Part shown: in pieces, positions 20,433 to 29,450 of the stretch
Layout: each line of letters begins with the position of its first letter
Position numbering within the stretch: position 1 is the stretch's first letter
Source: Pseudomonadota bacterium
GTDB taxonomy: Bacteria; Pseudomonadota; Gammaproteobacteria; UBA4575
Length of the DNA stretch: 64,000 nucleotides
Assembly: GCA_039182865.1 (NCBI GenBank)
Contig: JBCDBX010000003.1
Coordinates: forward strand, 1,343 to 65,342
Direction: 5' to 3'
The notes under the pieces: model-generated
What the model was told of the DNA's origin: nothing
What the model saw: only the letters and a program-made list of their open reading frames with translations
The model's database searches: none
Position numbers and translations under genes: made by a program

Positions 20433-21467
20433 TTAGAAATCATCTTTATTCGCGGCCTTGCGTCGTGCTTCTTCTTTACCAATCAGGCCTTTTCCATGAA
20501 TGTCAGCTAAACATTGATCTAATGTCTGCATGCCAACATTTTGGCTGGTTTGGATCGCAGAATACATTTGTGCCACTTTATCTTCACGAATCAAGTTACG
20601 AATTGCAGGTGTTCCTAACATGATTTCATGAGCTGCGATTCTTCCACCACCTATCTTGCGACATAAGGTTTGCGAAATGACAGCACGTAATGATTCCGAT
20701 AACATAGAACGCACCATTGCCTTTTCTGTTGCGGGAAAAACATCGACAATACGATCGATCGTTTTTGCAGCTGAGCTCGTGTGTAATGTTCCAAATACTA
20801 AGTGGCCTGTCTCAGCCGCGGTCAACGCCAAACGAATGGTTTCCAAATCACGTAATTCACCAACGAGAATAGTATCTGGGTCCTCACGTAAGGCAGAGCG
20901 CAATGCTTCATTAAATCCCAAAGTGTCTCGATGTACTTCACGTTGGTTAATTAAGCTTTTTTTACTCTCGTGAATAAATTCAATTGGATCTTCAATTGTC
21001 AGGATATGACCATATTCATTTTCATTCTTATGATCGATCATTGCAGCCAATGTAGTAGACTTTCCCGATCCAGTAGGCCCGGTTACTAATACGATGCCAC
21101 GTGGATAAGTAGAAATCTCACTGAATATTCTTGGGCAGTCGAGTTCTTCTAGCGTGAGAATATTCGTTGGAATAGTTCTGAATACCGCACCAGCTCCACG
21201 ACTTTGGTTAAAAGCGTTAACACGAAATCTTGCTAGTCCAGGAATTTCAAAGGAAAAATCTGTCTCAAGAAATTCTTCATAATCTTTACGTTGCTTGTCA
21301 TTCATGATGTCATACACCATAGAATGCACTTGCTTATGTTCCATCACAGGAACATTGATTCGGCGCACATCCCCGTCAACACGAATCATGGGAGGAACAC
21401 CTGCTGAAAGGTGCAAATCAGATGCACCATTCTTAACTGAGAATGCCAGTAGCTGTGAAATATCCAC
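20433..21467 (-). CDS. pilT: Twitching motility protein PilT
   Basis: 344 aa with Walker A GPTGSGKST, Walker B DTILVGELRD and the PilT-specific AIRNLIRE motif. Confidence 0.85.
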   Translation of the reverse strand: MDISQLLAFSVKNGASDLHLSAGVPPMIRVDGDVRRINVPVMEHKQVHSMVYDIMNDKQRKDYEEFLETDFSFEIPGLARFRVNAFNQSRGAGAVFRTIPTNILTLEELDCPRIFSEISTYPRGIVLVTGPTGSGKSTTLAAMIDHKNENEYGHILTIEDPIEFIHESKKSLINQREVHRDTLGFNEALRSALREDPDTILVGELRDLETIRLALTAAETGHLVFGTLHTSSAAKTIDRIVDVFPATEKAMVRSMLSESLRAVISQTLCRKIGGGRIAAHEIMLGTPAIRNLIREDKVAQMYSAIQTSQNVGMQTLDQCLADIHGKGLIGKEEARRKAANKDDF

Positions 21468-21728
21468 TTAGACTCCTTTCAAATTAGGCTATACAATCCG
21501 ATGTATATCGATTGAGAACTACGCTACTCCTATCTAGGAATCCATTATGTTCTCTACCGTAAGTTAAATCTTTGTCTTACTATATATTGTCCTGAGTTCG
21601 AAGCGCACAGACTTAGGAGTAATATGCGATAAGCCCACTCATTGTAACGATAAACAGACAACCGCCAGAACGCACAAATGCTCATTTTTGACGAATTCAT
21701 CGTATTTTAAAAAAATCACCTCAAAACA

Positions 21729-22424
21729 GTGACATTAGTAGACACCCAACAAAATTTATTGACGATTTTAGATAAGATCAAAAAGCTTGAACTTGATCAC
21801 AATTATGCCCCTAATAAGGTCCGTTTAATTGCCGTTAGCAAAACTCGAAGCGCTAGCGAAATTCGGATGCTTGCGGGATCTGGTCAAGTTGATTTTGGAG
21901 AGAATTATGTTCAAGAAGCCATCGATAAAATATCAGAGTTAACGGATCAAAATATTACATGGCATTTTATTGGTCCTATTCAAAAGAATAAAACTAAGGC
22001 AATTTCGCAACATTTTCATTGGGTGCACACTATCGAGCGAGACATTATTGCAACGCGCTTAAGTGAGCAACGCCCACAAAATTTACCAGCCTTAAATGTT
22101 TGCATACAAATCAACATTGATAATGAAACATCAAAATCTGGAATAACCCCGCATGAGTTACACGCACTAGCTGGGCATATCGATCAACTCCCCAACTTGA
22201 CCTTGCGCGGTTTGATGGCTATTCCTAGTGTCAAAGACAATTACTCAGAACAATGCAAGACTTTTAATAAAATGCAGGATTTACTAGCAGATTTAAAAGA
22301 ACAAGGCTACGATGTGGATACACTCTCGATGGGCATGAGTAATGATTATGAAGCGGCTATTGTCTGTGGCTCAACTATGGTACGTCTAGGTACCGTCATT
22401 TTTGGACCTCGCGCATCGAAATAA
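21729..22424 (+). CDS. yggS: PLP-binding YggS family protein (PLP homeostasis)
   Basis: VRLIAVSKT..FGENYVQE...WHFIGPIQKNK motifs. Apparent GTG start. yggS-proC-yggT synteny. Confidence 0.8.
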   Translation: MTLVDTQQNLLTILDKIKKLELDHNYAPNKVRLIAVSKTRSASEIRMLAGSGQVDFGENYVQEAIDKISELTDQNITWHFIGPIQKNKTKAISQHFHWVHTIERDIIATRLSEQRPQNLPALNVCIQINIDNETSKSGITPHELHALAGHIDQLPNLTLRGLMAIPSVKDNYSEQCKTFNKMQDLLADLKEQGYDVDTLSMGMSNDYEAAIVCGSTMVRLGTVIFGPRASK

Positions 22425-22436
22425 ATACTAAATAAT

Positions 22437-23264
22437 ATGAGTGAAAAGACAATTTTAATAATGGGCGCTGGGAACATGGGCTGTAGCCTTGCAATAGGTT
22501 TAGTCAATAATGACTGGACGTCTTCTCAAATAATGTTTTGTGAATTGAACAATTCGAAACATGTAATATTAGCAGAACAGTTCTCTGAATCGATGATTGT
22601 TAATACACCTCAACAATTGGCAGTTAAACCAGATATCGTGATACTGGCAGTTAAACCACATGATCTGCCTGAAATTTGCAACGATTTAGTAGAATCTGGC
22701 TTAGGTCTAGATACACTATTCATTTCAATTGCTGCCGGCGCACCTATATCAGCATTAAAAAAATTGCTTGGTGAAGACACTGAGATCGTGCGTTGTATGC
22801 CTAATACACCAGCAGGAATTGGTTTGGGAATGACAGGGCTGTACACGTCGGACAAAACATCATTAGAAAATCAAGCATTAGCAGAGACAATCCTGCAAGC
22901 AGTTGGCAAGACTATTTGGGTTGACGAAGAAATAAAACTTGATGCTATCACCGCTTTATCCGGGAGTGGTCCTGCCTACTTATTCTATTTAATGGAAAGC
23001 TTACAAGAAGCAGGACAAACCCTCGGCTTAAATAAAGATGATTGTTACCAATTAGCTCTTCAAACAATGCTTGGAGCTGCTCAACTAGCATCTGAATCTA
23101 ATGAATCATTCGAAGCTTTACGTGCAAATGTCACCTCCAAGGGAGGTACCACTGAACACGCGTTAGATGTATTTGAAAAAAATAATTTTAAGGAAATTAT
23201 CGTGAATGCGCTTCAAGCAGCCTCTAATAGAGCAGCTGAGATTAGTAAGTCATTTGCTAAATAG
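22437..23264 (+). CDS. proC: Pyrroline-5-carboxylate reductase
   Basis: N-terminal Rossmann GAGNMG and the ProC dimerisation domain (LSGSGPAYLFYLMESL). Confidence 0.85.
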   Translation: MSEKTILIMGAGNMGCSLAIGLVNNDWTSSQIMFCELNNSKHVILAEQFSESMIVNTPQQLAVKPDIVILAVKPHDLPEICNDLVESGLGLDTLFISIAAGAPISALKKLLGEDTEIVRCMPNTPAGIGLGMTGLYTSDKTSLENQALAETILQAVGKTIWVDEEIKLDAITALSGSGPAYLFYLMESLQEAGQTLGLNKDDCYQLALQTMLGAAQLASESNESFEALRANVTSKGGTTEHALDVFEKNNFKEIIVNALQAASNRAAEISKSFAK

Positions 23265-23266
23265 TT

Positions 23267-23815
23267 ATGGACGCTGCCAGCAATATATTCACTTTTTTGA
23301 TTAGCACACTATTTTCGCTTTATATCGGTGCCGTATTGATACGCATTATACTCGCTGCAACACGTGCAGACTTTTATAACCCCATATCTCAGTTTATCGT
23401 CACAATAACTAATCCAACCTTAATACCTTTACGTAAAATCTTGCCTAGTATAGGAAAAATAGATACCGCTAGTTGGACTCTCGCATTCTTATTAAAAATC
23501 TTAGAACTGTTTATTTTACTTTCCATCAAAAGCATAAAAGTCAGCCCTGATGTGTTGATTATCTCTGCGATTTTACAAGTATTAATCATCCTCGTGACAA
23601 TATTTCTTTACGCAGTATTATTCCGAGCCATTCTTAGCTGGTTCCCTAGCCCACAAATGTATCAGAATCCTTTATTCATGATTTTAACCTCGATTACGGA
23701 GCCTCTTTTGCGACCAGCTCGGCGCATCATCCCGCCTGTAGGCGCATTTGATCTGTCAGCATTAGCCATTATTCTTGTTTTATATTCGATTTTAATTGCA
23801 CTGCGCTCTTTTTGA
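23267..23815 (+). CDS. yggT: YggT family membrane protein
   Basis: 182-aa polytopic membrane protein immediately after proC. Two YggT-like repeats. Confidence 0.65.
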   Translation: MDAASNIFTFLISTLFSLYIGAVLIRIILAATRADFYNPISQFIVTITNPTLIPLRKILPSIGKIDTASWTLAFLLKILELFILLSIKSIKVSPDVLIISAILQVLIILVTIFLYAVLFRAILSWFPSPQMYQNPLFMILTSITEPLLRPARRIIPPVGAFDLSALAIILVLYSILIALRSF

Positions 23816-24134
23816 TTAAAGACATTGCAACACTCTCTTAATGCAATTCATTAAGAACGCTGATATTTTTATATTAACGATTTTTTCTTATTCTTTTTTT
23901 GATTTTCTAAATTCTTTAAATGCTTTACAAATAAATCACTACTTGTTTAGAATATACTTAAATACAAGGATAAATTGGCATTCACTAAATCCTTGTGTAC
24001 AATCACACGCACTTAAATAATAATAAAGTTTCAGCACTATTAACTGACCCTTGTGATTGAGATTTGCTCTTAGTGAACATGAAACAAACGTCTTAAAACT
24101 AATTTACTTACCAACCTACTTTGAGGAAAAATTC

Positions 24135-24467
24135 ATGGCCGTAAAGAAAAAAGCTGCAGCCGCAAAAAAACCACCTACTAAATCTGAGATCCTAAATTCT
24201 ATTGCTCAAGATACTGGATTGACTCGCAAAGATGTTGCTTCGGTTTTCACTTCTTTAGAAGGAATCATTGCTAAAGAGATGAAACCAAGAGGTTCTGGAT
24301 TATTTAATCTGGTTGGACTTTGCAAAATGAAGGTTGTTAAAAAGCCGGCGACAAAAGCACGTAAAGGTATCAATCCATTTACTGGCGAAGAGACTATTTT
24401 CAAAGCAAAACCTGCACGCAAAGTTGTAAAAGTCTTGCCTCTTAAAGGCTTAAAGGACATGGTCTAA
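24135..24467 (+). CDS. HU/IHF-family DNA-binding protein with an N-terminal Lys/Ala-rich extension
   Basis: Core KSEILNSIAQDTGLTRKDVASVFTSLEGII...NPFTGEE...KPARK fits the HU/IHF (bacterial histone-like) fold. Start set at MAVKKKAAAAKK (24135) rather than the ORF-track start at 24057. Confidence 0.7.
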   Translation: MAVKKKAAAAKKPPTKSEILNSIAQDTGLTRKDVASVFTSLEGIIAKEMKPRGSGLFNLVGLCKMKVVKKPATKARKGINPFTGEETIFKAKPARKVVKVLPLKGLKDMV

Positions 24468-24480
24468 ACACATATATGTC

Positions 24481-24507
24481 TCGAGGCTTGTATTAAGCAA
24501 GCCTCGA
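24481..24507. terminator. Bidirectional stem-loop between convergent genes
   Basis: Perfect 10-bp inverted repeat TCGAGGCTTG / CAAGCCTCGA with a 7-nt loop, AT-rich flanks. Between the HU-like gene (+) and the TerB-like gene (-). Confidence 0.45.
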
Positions 24508-24561
24508 AATATTATGCTTGAATGGCTATTAACTTACTGAAATATCGAATATTTTCAGATT

Positions 24562-25026
24562 TTAGTCTTGTGACAGACCTAACTCATCCATAATTTTATA
24601 CTTCACACGAATAAACTCGGAGTGTGACAAATATAGCCAATCAGCAATCTTTCGTATCCGCTGCTCTTCATATTTATCTAAAACTTTATCGGTAAAAGCT
24701 ACTCTCCATAATCCGGCCAATAAATTTAATTTCTCGTCGGGCTTTAACTCTTCATTTAACAAACAAATAAACGGATGTGCTGAAGTGTAGTCTTCACGCT
24801 TTTCCATCCCATGTTGCAAAACACTTTTTGCTTCTTGTTCAGACAGAGAGAATTGCTCGACTAATATCCCAATTATGGTTTGCTGCTCAGCCTGAGATAT
24901 ATCGTAGTCGGCAAAACTTACTTCCAATAACAACATTGCAGCCGCCAACTGTGTCGTATGCTCGGATTCTTCTGATTGCTCAATATTTAGGCTTGATTCT
25001 AGCCATTGCTGAATTTTTGTAAACAT
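24562..25026 (-). CDS. TerB-family (tellurite-resistance TerB-like) protein
   Basis: 154-aa all-helical protein. The pattern resembles the TerB domain also seen at the DjlA N-terminus. Confidence 0.5.
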   Translation of the reverse strand: MFTKIQQWLESSLNIEQSEESEHTTQLAAAMLLLEVSFADYDISQAEQQTIIGILVEQFSLSEQEAKSVLQHGMEKREDYTSAHPFICLLNEELKPDEKLNLLAGLWRVAFTDKVLDKYEEQRIRKIADWLYLSHSEFIRVKYKIMDELGLSQD

Positions 25027-25027
25027 A

Positions 25028-25342
25028 CTATTGCTTCATTGCGAGAATGTAACGGCCATCATCATAATCAGTAAAGAAAACTTCAACTAATGGATGTTGG
25101 ATCATTGATGTGTTTTTTGATGACTCTAAATGGCGCTCTGCAACATAAGTAGTCTGATCTGAACCATCAACCAATATGTGATACCAAGGAGCTCTTTTCG
25201 GAGGACGTGATTTAGCAACTTGCTCATACCAGGCATCACTACCATTAAACTGTGCATCTGCATCGTATATAACACCACGATAACCAAATTTTTTATGATC
25301 AATAATTTGGCCAGGATGATACTTAAGAATATGTTCCGTCAT
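25028..25342 (-). CDS. hspQ: Heat shock protein HspQ (hemimethylated-DNA-binding YccV-like domain)
   Basis: MTEHILKYHPGQIIDHKKFGYRGVIYDAD...WYHILVDG...YVAE..L is the HspQ/YccV signature. Start trimmed to the ATG at 25342. Confidence 0.75.
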   Translation of the reverse strand: MTEHILKYHPGQIIDHKKFGYRGVIYDADAQFNGSDAWYEQVAKSRPPKRAPWYHILVDGSDQTTYVAERHLESSKNTSMIQHPLVEVFFTDYDDGRYILAMKQ

Positions 25343-25355
25343 GTAAACTCTTCCA

Positions 25356-25742
25356 TTGGGTTCTAATGGGTTATATCGCCTCAATTGTGAGCATGTTATG
25401 CTCATGCGAGATATTACTACGAATACAGACCAATCTGACAAATTTATGTCGTCCGATACACAAGCAAGCAAAGAACAACGCACCTTACTTGTGATGCGTA
25501 AACTACTCGCATCAATTGTACGCGAAAGTACTCCAAAGCCCGGTATGAGACATGTTCTGAGCGAAAATACACGTAATGATATCCGTATGGCTTTTGAGCT
25601 AATTTCAGCACGTGAACGTGAACTTGCTGAAGATGCAGGGATTGAAATTAAAGAGCGACCACGTTACCCAGATCAACCCAAGACGTCATCAGTGATCTCA
25701 ATTGACTCACTCAAAAATAAGCCACCCACTTCAGACACATAA
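25356..25742 (+). CDS. Hypothetical protein with uncertain start, co-operonic with the DUF2384 gene
   Basis: 128-aa ORF ending 3 nt before the next gene. No recognisable motif. Internal Met at residues 15 and 17 are possible starts. Confidence 0.4.
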   Translation: MGSNGLYRLNCEHVMLMRDITTNTDQSDKFMSSDTQASKEQRTLLVMRKLLASIVRESTPKPGMRHVLSENTRNDIRMAFELISARERELAEDAGIEIKERPRYPDQPKTSSVISIDSLKNKPPTSDT

Positions 25743-25745
25743 ACT

Positions 25746-26132
25746 ATGTCTAACGAGACTAATGAGGTCGTCATTACTAAAATGACCATGCAGTTGATGG
25801 ATGATTGGGGATTAGAACCTAGACAAATTATTACCTTACTTGCATTGCCCTCAAGTGTACGAACAAGACATTTAGAAAAGTTCAGAAATGGCGATGCTTT
25901 TCCAGCTAACAAAGCGACCATGATCAGAATAGAGCATATAGCTGGTATTGCTGATGCACTAAGAACAACCTACCCACGAAATATGCATATGGCCTCACGC
26001 TGGTTACGTACCCCTCATAGAAGATTCAAGAATCAAACCCCTATTGAAACAATGCTAGAAAGTGAAACAGGATTATTATCGGTGCGTTCAGAATTAGATT
26101 GCGCTTACGCATGGGACCGTTCAGGATCATAA
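25746..26132 (+). CDS. Xre/MbcA/ParS-like antitoxin-family protein (DUF2384 C-terminal domain)
   Basis: C-terminal RWLRTPHRRFKNQTPIETMLESETGLLSVRSELD fits the DUF2384 pattern (W-L.tP...l.g.tPlel..te.G...V...L). Confidence 0.55.
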   Translation: MSNETNEVVITKMTMQLMDDWGLEPRQIITLLALPSSVRTRHLEKFRNGDAFPANKATMIRIEHIAGIADALRTTYPRNMHMASRWLRTPHRRFKNQTPIETMLESETGLLSVRSELDCAYAWDRSGS

Positions 26133-26205
26133 ATACAACACTTGCATGGGCACATTAAAAGCTTTATAAAATTTCCTAGATATAAGACTTAAGCAGAGAA
26201 CGGAA

Positions 26206-26622
26206 ATGTTGAGACTCGAAGACATCAAAGTCACCTTAGACCCGAGTATTGAGATCACTCCGGAAAATAAATGTGGCTTTTGTACTAATACTATTTGTTG
26301 CACTTATGTGACACATCCAATTGATACTCCCAGAAGCAAAGAGGATTTTGAATACTTACTCTGGCAAGTCTCGCATGAAAACATTGAGATTTATCAAGAT
26401 GATGAGGGCTGGTGCATGCTAGTGACTGGGAAATGTGCCCATGTTCAACCAGATGGCATGTGTGGCATATATGAGGCACGACCACAGATCTGTCGTGACC
26501 ATACCAATGATTATTGCGAGTTTGATTCACCTTCAGAAGAAGGCTTCGAGTTGTATTTTAGAAACTACGAAGAACTACTGAACTACTGCAAAAAACGATT
26601 TAAGCACTGGAAACGTGGGTAA
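26206..26622 (+). CDS. YkgJ-family (UPF0153) putative zinc/iron-chelating Cys-cluster protein
   Basis: N-terminal CGFCTNTICC, and later C..C.H...C.IY..RP..C cysteine motifs. Confidence 0.55.
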   Translation: MLRLEDIKVTLDPSIEITPENKCGFCTNTICCTYVTHPIDTPRSKEDFEYLLWQVSHENIEIYQDDEGWCMLVTGKCAHVQPDGMCGIYEARPQICRDHTNDYCEFDSPSEEGFELYFRNYEELLNYCKKRFKHWKRG

Positions 26623-26633
26623 AAACTCAGGCG

Positions 26634-27329
26634 TTAATTAATTTTATTCATTAACTCATTTTTATCTACAATCTCATCGAAACCATTAATTCCCACGAAA
26701 TGTTGAGTATCTTGCTCTGGTAGACTCTTATCCGGTCGACCTACTGAGAGTAAATATTCGATACCATGACGGTCCGCGGCTTGTAATACAGCAATATTAT
26801 CGTCGATTAATAAGGAACTTTCTGGGGAATGATTTTCATCTTCAGACAATATCGGCCAAAAATCATCAGCTTCCTTAGCATGCCCATATGTATGTGAAGA
26901 TATAATTCTATCGAATAAATTTTCTATCCCTGTTTTATCCATTTTAATCTTCACACTATCTAAATGCGCATTAGTAAGCAGCACAGAGCGTTTATTATTA
27001 TTTCTTAACCATCGTAAAAACTCGGTGACTAGTGGAAATAGAACGATTCGATCTACAATATCCCGCTTTAATTCCACAATGTTTAAATCAAGCTGTTCCG
27101 ACCAATAATCCGTGCAATACCAATTTAAACTGCCTCTTTTACTTTTGTATTTAGCCAATAATTCGGATTTGGCTTGTAGAAAATTAATTTCACGGGATTT
27201 ACTGTATATTAATGGCACATATTCATGCCAAAAATAATTGTCGAAGGCCAAATCCATTAAGGTGCCATCCATATCTAAAAATACCGTTTCGATCCGTGCC
27301 CAATCCAGATCATTCATTTTATTTGCCAT
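26634..27329 (-). CDS. yrfG: HAD-family GMP/IMP nucleotidase
   Basis: VFLDMDGTLMDLAFDNYFW...LNWYCTDYWSEQL closely parallels E. coli YrfG. Confidence 0.75.
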   Translation of the reverse strand: MANKMNDLDWARIETVFLDMDGTLMDLAFDNYFWHEYVPLIYSKSREINFLQAKSELLAKYKSKRGSLNWYCTDYWSEQLDLNIVELKRDIVDRIVLFPLVTEFLRWLRNNNKRSVLLTNAHLDSVKIKMDKTGIENLFDRIISSHTYGHAKEADDFWPILSEDENHSPESSLLIDDNIAVLQAADRHGIEYLLSVGRPDKSLPEQDTQHFVGINGFDEIVDKNELMNKIN

Positions 27330-27374
27330 TAAACTTTCTTCGCGTTCTGTATTGAGTCCAATTAAACTATTGTT

Positions 27375-28178
27375 ATGTATAGCGATGACGAGTTAAAAAA
27401 ACTAGTCCATGATGTAAACGAAATTGCTCGTGGAGCAGGCACTATTATACGACGATATTTTAATTCAGATTTTGAAATCACTATAAAGGGAGATCGCTCA
27501 CCTGTAACTTCAGCAGATTTAGCTGCAAATGAATTTATTGAGCGCAAATTGGAGTCTCTCACGCCTGAAATACCGAGATTAACAGAGGAATCAACGATGA
27601 CTCCTTACGAATTTCGGAAAGACTGGCAACTACTTTGGTTAGTTGACCCGCTCGATGGAACACGACAGTTCATAAAAAATAAGCCGGATTTCACTGTCAA
27701 TATTTCACTGATCTACTTACAAAAGCCAGTGATTGGCAGTATATATTTACCTATTGCTGATGAACTCTATTTTGCTTCAAGAAATTCTGGTGCATTTACA
27801 CAAAAACAATCTGCGCAAATTAAAGCCATCAGCGTGAAAAATCAAATAGGAGAAATGGTCCGCATCTGTGGTAATCGTGATGGTCATGGTAAATCGACTA
27901 AGCATTTTATTAGCCATATTCCTAACTATGACTTTGTCAGCCGAGGAAGTTCTATCAAATCCTGTTTAATAGCGGAAGGCAGCGCAGATATTTATCCGCG
28001 CTTTGGCCCGACCTGGGAATGGGATACTGCAGCTGCACAATGCATTCTTGAAGAAGCCGAAGGCTTCCTGACAGACACTAATATGCAGCCACTGATTTAT
28101 AATAAAGAATCGCTGCTAAATCCATCATTCCTTGCATTCGGGGATAAAAACGTCAGCTGGCAAAAATTTTGTCCGTAA
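27375..28178 (+). CDS. cysQ: 3'(2'),5'-bisphosphate nucleotidase
   Basis: Inositol-monophosphatase family motifs WLVDPLDGT and GSS.K. Overall colinear with E. coli CysQ. Confidence 0.8.
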   Translation: MYSDDELKKLVHDVNEIARGAGTIIRRYFNSDFEITIKGDRSPVTSADLAANEFIERKLESLTPEIPRLTEESTMTPYEFRKDWQLLWLVDPLDGTRQFIKNKPDFTVNISLIYLQKPVIGSIYLPIADELYFASRNSGAFTQKQSAQIKAISVKNQIGEMVRICGNRDGHGKSTKHFISHIPNYDFVSRGSSIKSCLIAEGSADIYPRFGPTWEWDTAAAQCILEEAEGFLTDTNMQPLIYNKESLLNPSFLAFGDKNVSWQKFCP

Positions 28179-29029
28179 ATATGCTCTTTTTAAAAGTTAT
28201 ATCTAAGCTTGCACCTTCTGTTATTTATAGTATTTCTGACATTGCAGCGTTTATTTTATTTCATATAGTGCGTTACCGAAGAACCATCAGCTATCAAAAC
28301 ATCAGTCGTTCTTTTCCTAATAAATCTAAGTCTGAAATATTAGAAATTCAAAGAAATGCATACCGCTATCTTACTGATACGTTTCTAGAGATATGTAAAG
28401 AATATAGCCAAACCCAAGAAGATCTAGCTTCCAGAGTTACATTTGAAAATTTTTCAGAAATTAAAAAAGCAATTGATAATAACCAGAAACTAATATTTCT
28501 AACAGGTCATACAGGACCTATTGAATGGATTGGCCACGCAGCTTCTGTTTACCTTGGAATCCCCATTGACCCAGTCTACAAACCAAGTCATAACAAAGCA
28601 ATAGATAGATTTATTTTTGCGATTCGTTCACGCTACCAAGCAACACCAATTCCCTATAAAACATTAGCCAAAGATATTATCCTGCGTAAAAATGTGACTC
28701 GATGCATTGCTATTCTGGCGGATTTAGAACCACGCTCACGAGATCAAGCAGTCGAAATTGATTTTCTCAGCCAAAAAACACGATTTTTTCTCGGCCCTGA
28801 ACGTATGGCAAAAATTTCAAATATGCCGGTATATTTTGTCGCTATCAAAAACACTAAACGAGGAAAGTATTCTGCTACTGCTCATCTTATTAGCATGAAC
28901 CCAAAAGAACTAGAACCTGAAGTATTGACTCGCAAGTTTGCGATGTGCATGGAAGAACTTATTATTGAGAATCCTGCAGCATGGTTATGGACTCACAGAC
29001 GTTGGAAAAATAAGCGTACTAAAGCTTAG
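28169..29029 (+). CDS. Lipid A biosynthesis lauroyl/myristoyl acyltransferase family (LpxL/LpxM)
   Basis: 286 aa with an N-terminal membrane anchor and C-terminal AAWLWTHRRWK, matching the LpxL WLHRRFK end. Confidence 0.7.
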   Translation: MSVNMLFLKVISKLAPSVIYSISDIAAFILFHIVRYRRTISYQNISRSFPNKSKSEILEIQRNAYRYLTDTFLEICKEYSQTQEDLASRVTFENFSEIKKAIDNNQKLIFLTGHTGPIEWIGHAASVYLGIPIDPVYKPSHNKAIDRFIFAIRSRYQATPIPYKTLAKDIILRKNVTRCIAILADLEPRSRDQAVEIDFLSQKTRFFLGPERMAKISNMPVYFVAIKNTKRGKYSATAHLISMNPKELEPEVLTRKFAMCMEELIIENPAAWLWTHRRWKNKRTKA

Positions 29030-29035
29030 GATAAG

Positions 29036-29446
29036 TTAAGGTTCAAAATTTGGTAGGCCGCCATCGACATACCATCGTCCTGTCTCCTCGTCCTGCCACC
29101 ATAATTGCTGATCTTTTAAAGTTTTTACATCATTGATGCGTTCGTGATAATAAGTAATCTCAGCAACGACGACAGCCTCATCACCCTCTTCTGAAAGGAC
29201 TAAAGAATCAATTTCATACTTGGTCACTTTGATTTCAGAAAGAAATTTCATATCAGGCTCAGGCAAGTCTATTTCTCTTGGACGATTATACTCGGTGGCA
29301 TCATCAAACGCTCTCCAACGAATTAATTTTCCATATGACTTAGCATGTGTATTGAATTCATCGACTTCTTTAGCTTTACTATTCATGCAGCCGGATAGGC
29401 TAAAGTTAGCTAATAATACAATTAAGATTGATACAATTATTTTCAT
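29036..29446 (-). CDS. Lipoprotein of unknown function
   Basis: Signal peptide with lipobox LSGC (MKIIVSILIVLLANFSLSGC). Start set at the ATG at 29446, just after the upstream aas stop (29451), suggesting translational coupling. Confidence 0.5.
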   Translation of the reverse strand: MKIIVSILIVLLANFSLSGCMNSKAKEVDEFNTHAKSYGKLIRWRAFDDATEYNRPREIDLPEPDMKFLSEIKVTKYEIDSLVLSEEGDEAVVVAEITYYHERINDVKTLKDQQLWWQDEETGRWYVDGGLPNFEP

Positions 29447-29450
29447 CTTC

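Noticed and set aside
25343-25483. Longer hspQ ORF starting at 25483.
   Set aside because: The conserved HspQ N-terminus MTEHILKYHPGQ begins at the internal ATG at 25342. The upstream 47 codons are unconserved and overlap the promoter region of the divergent gene.
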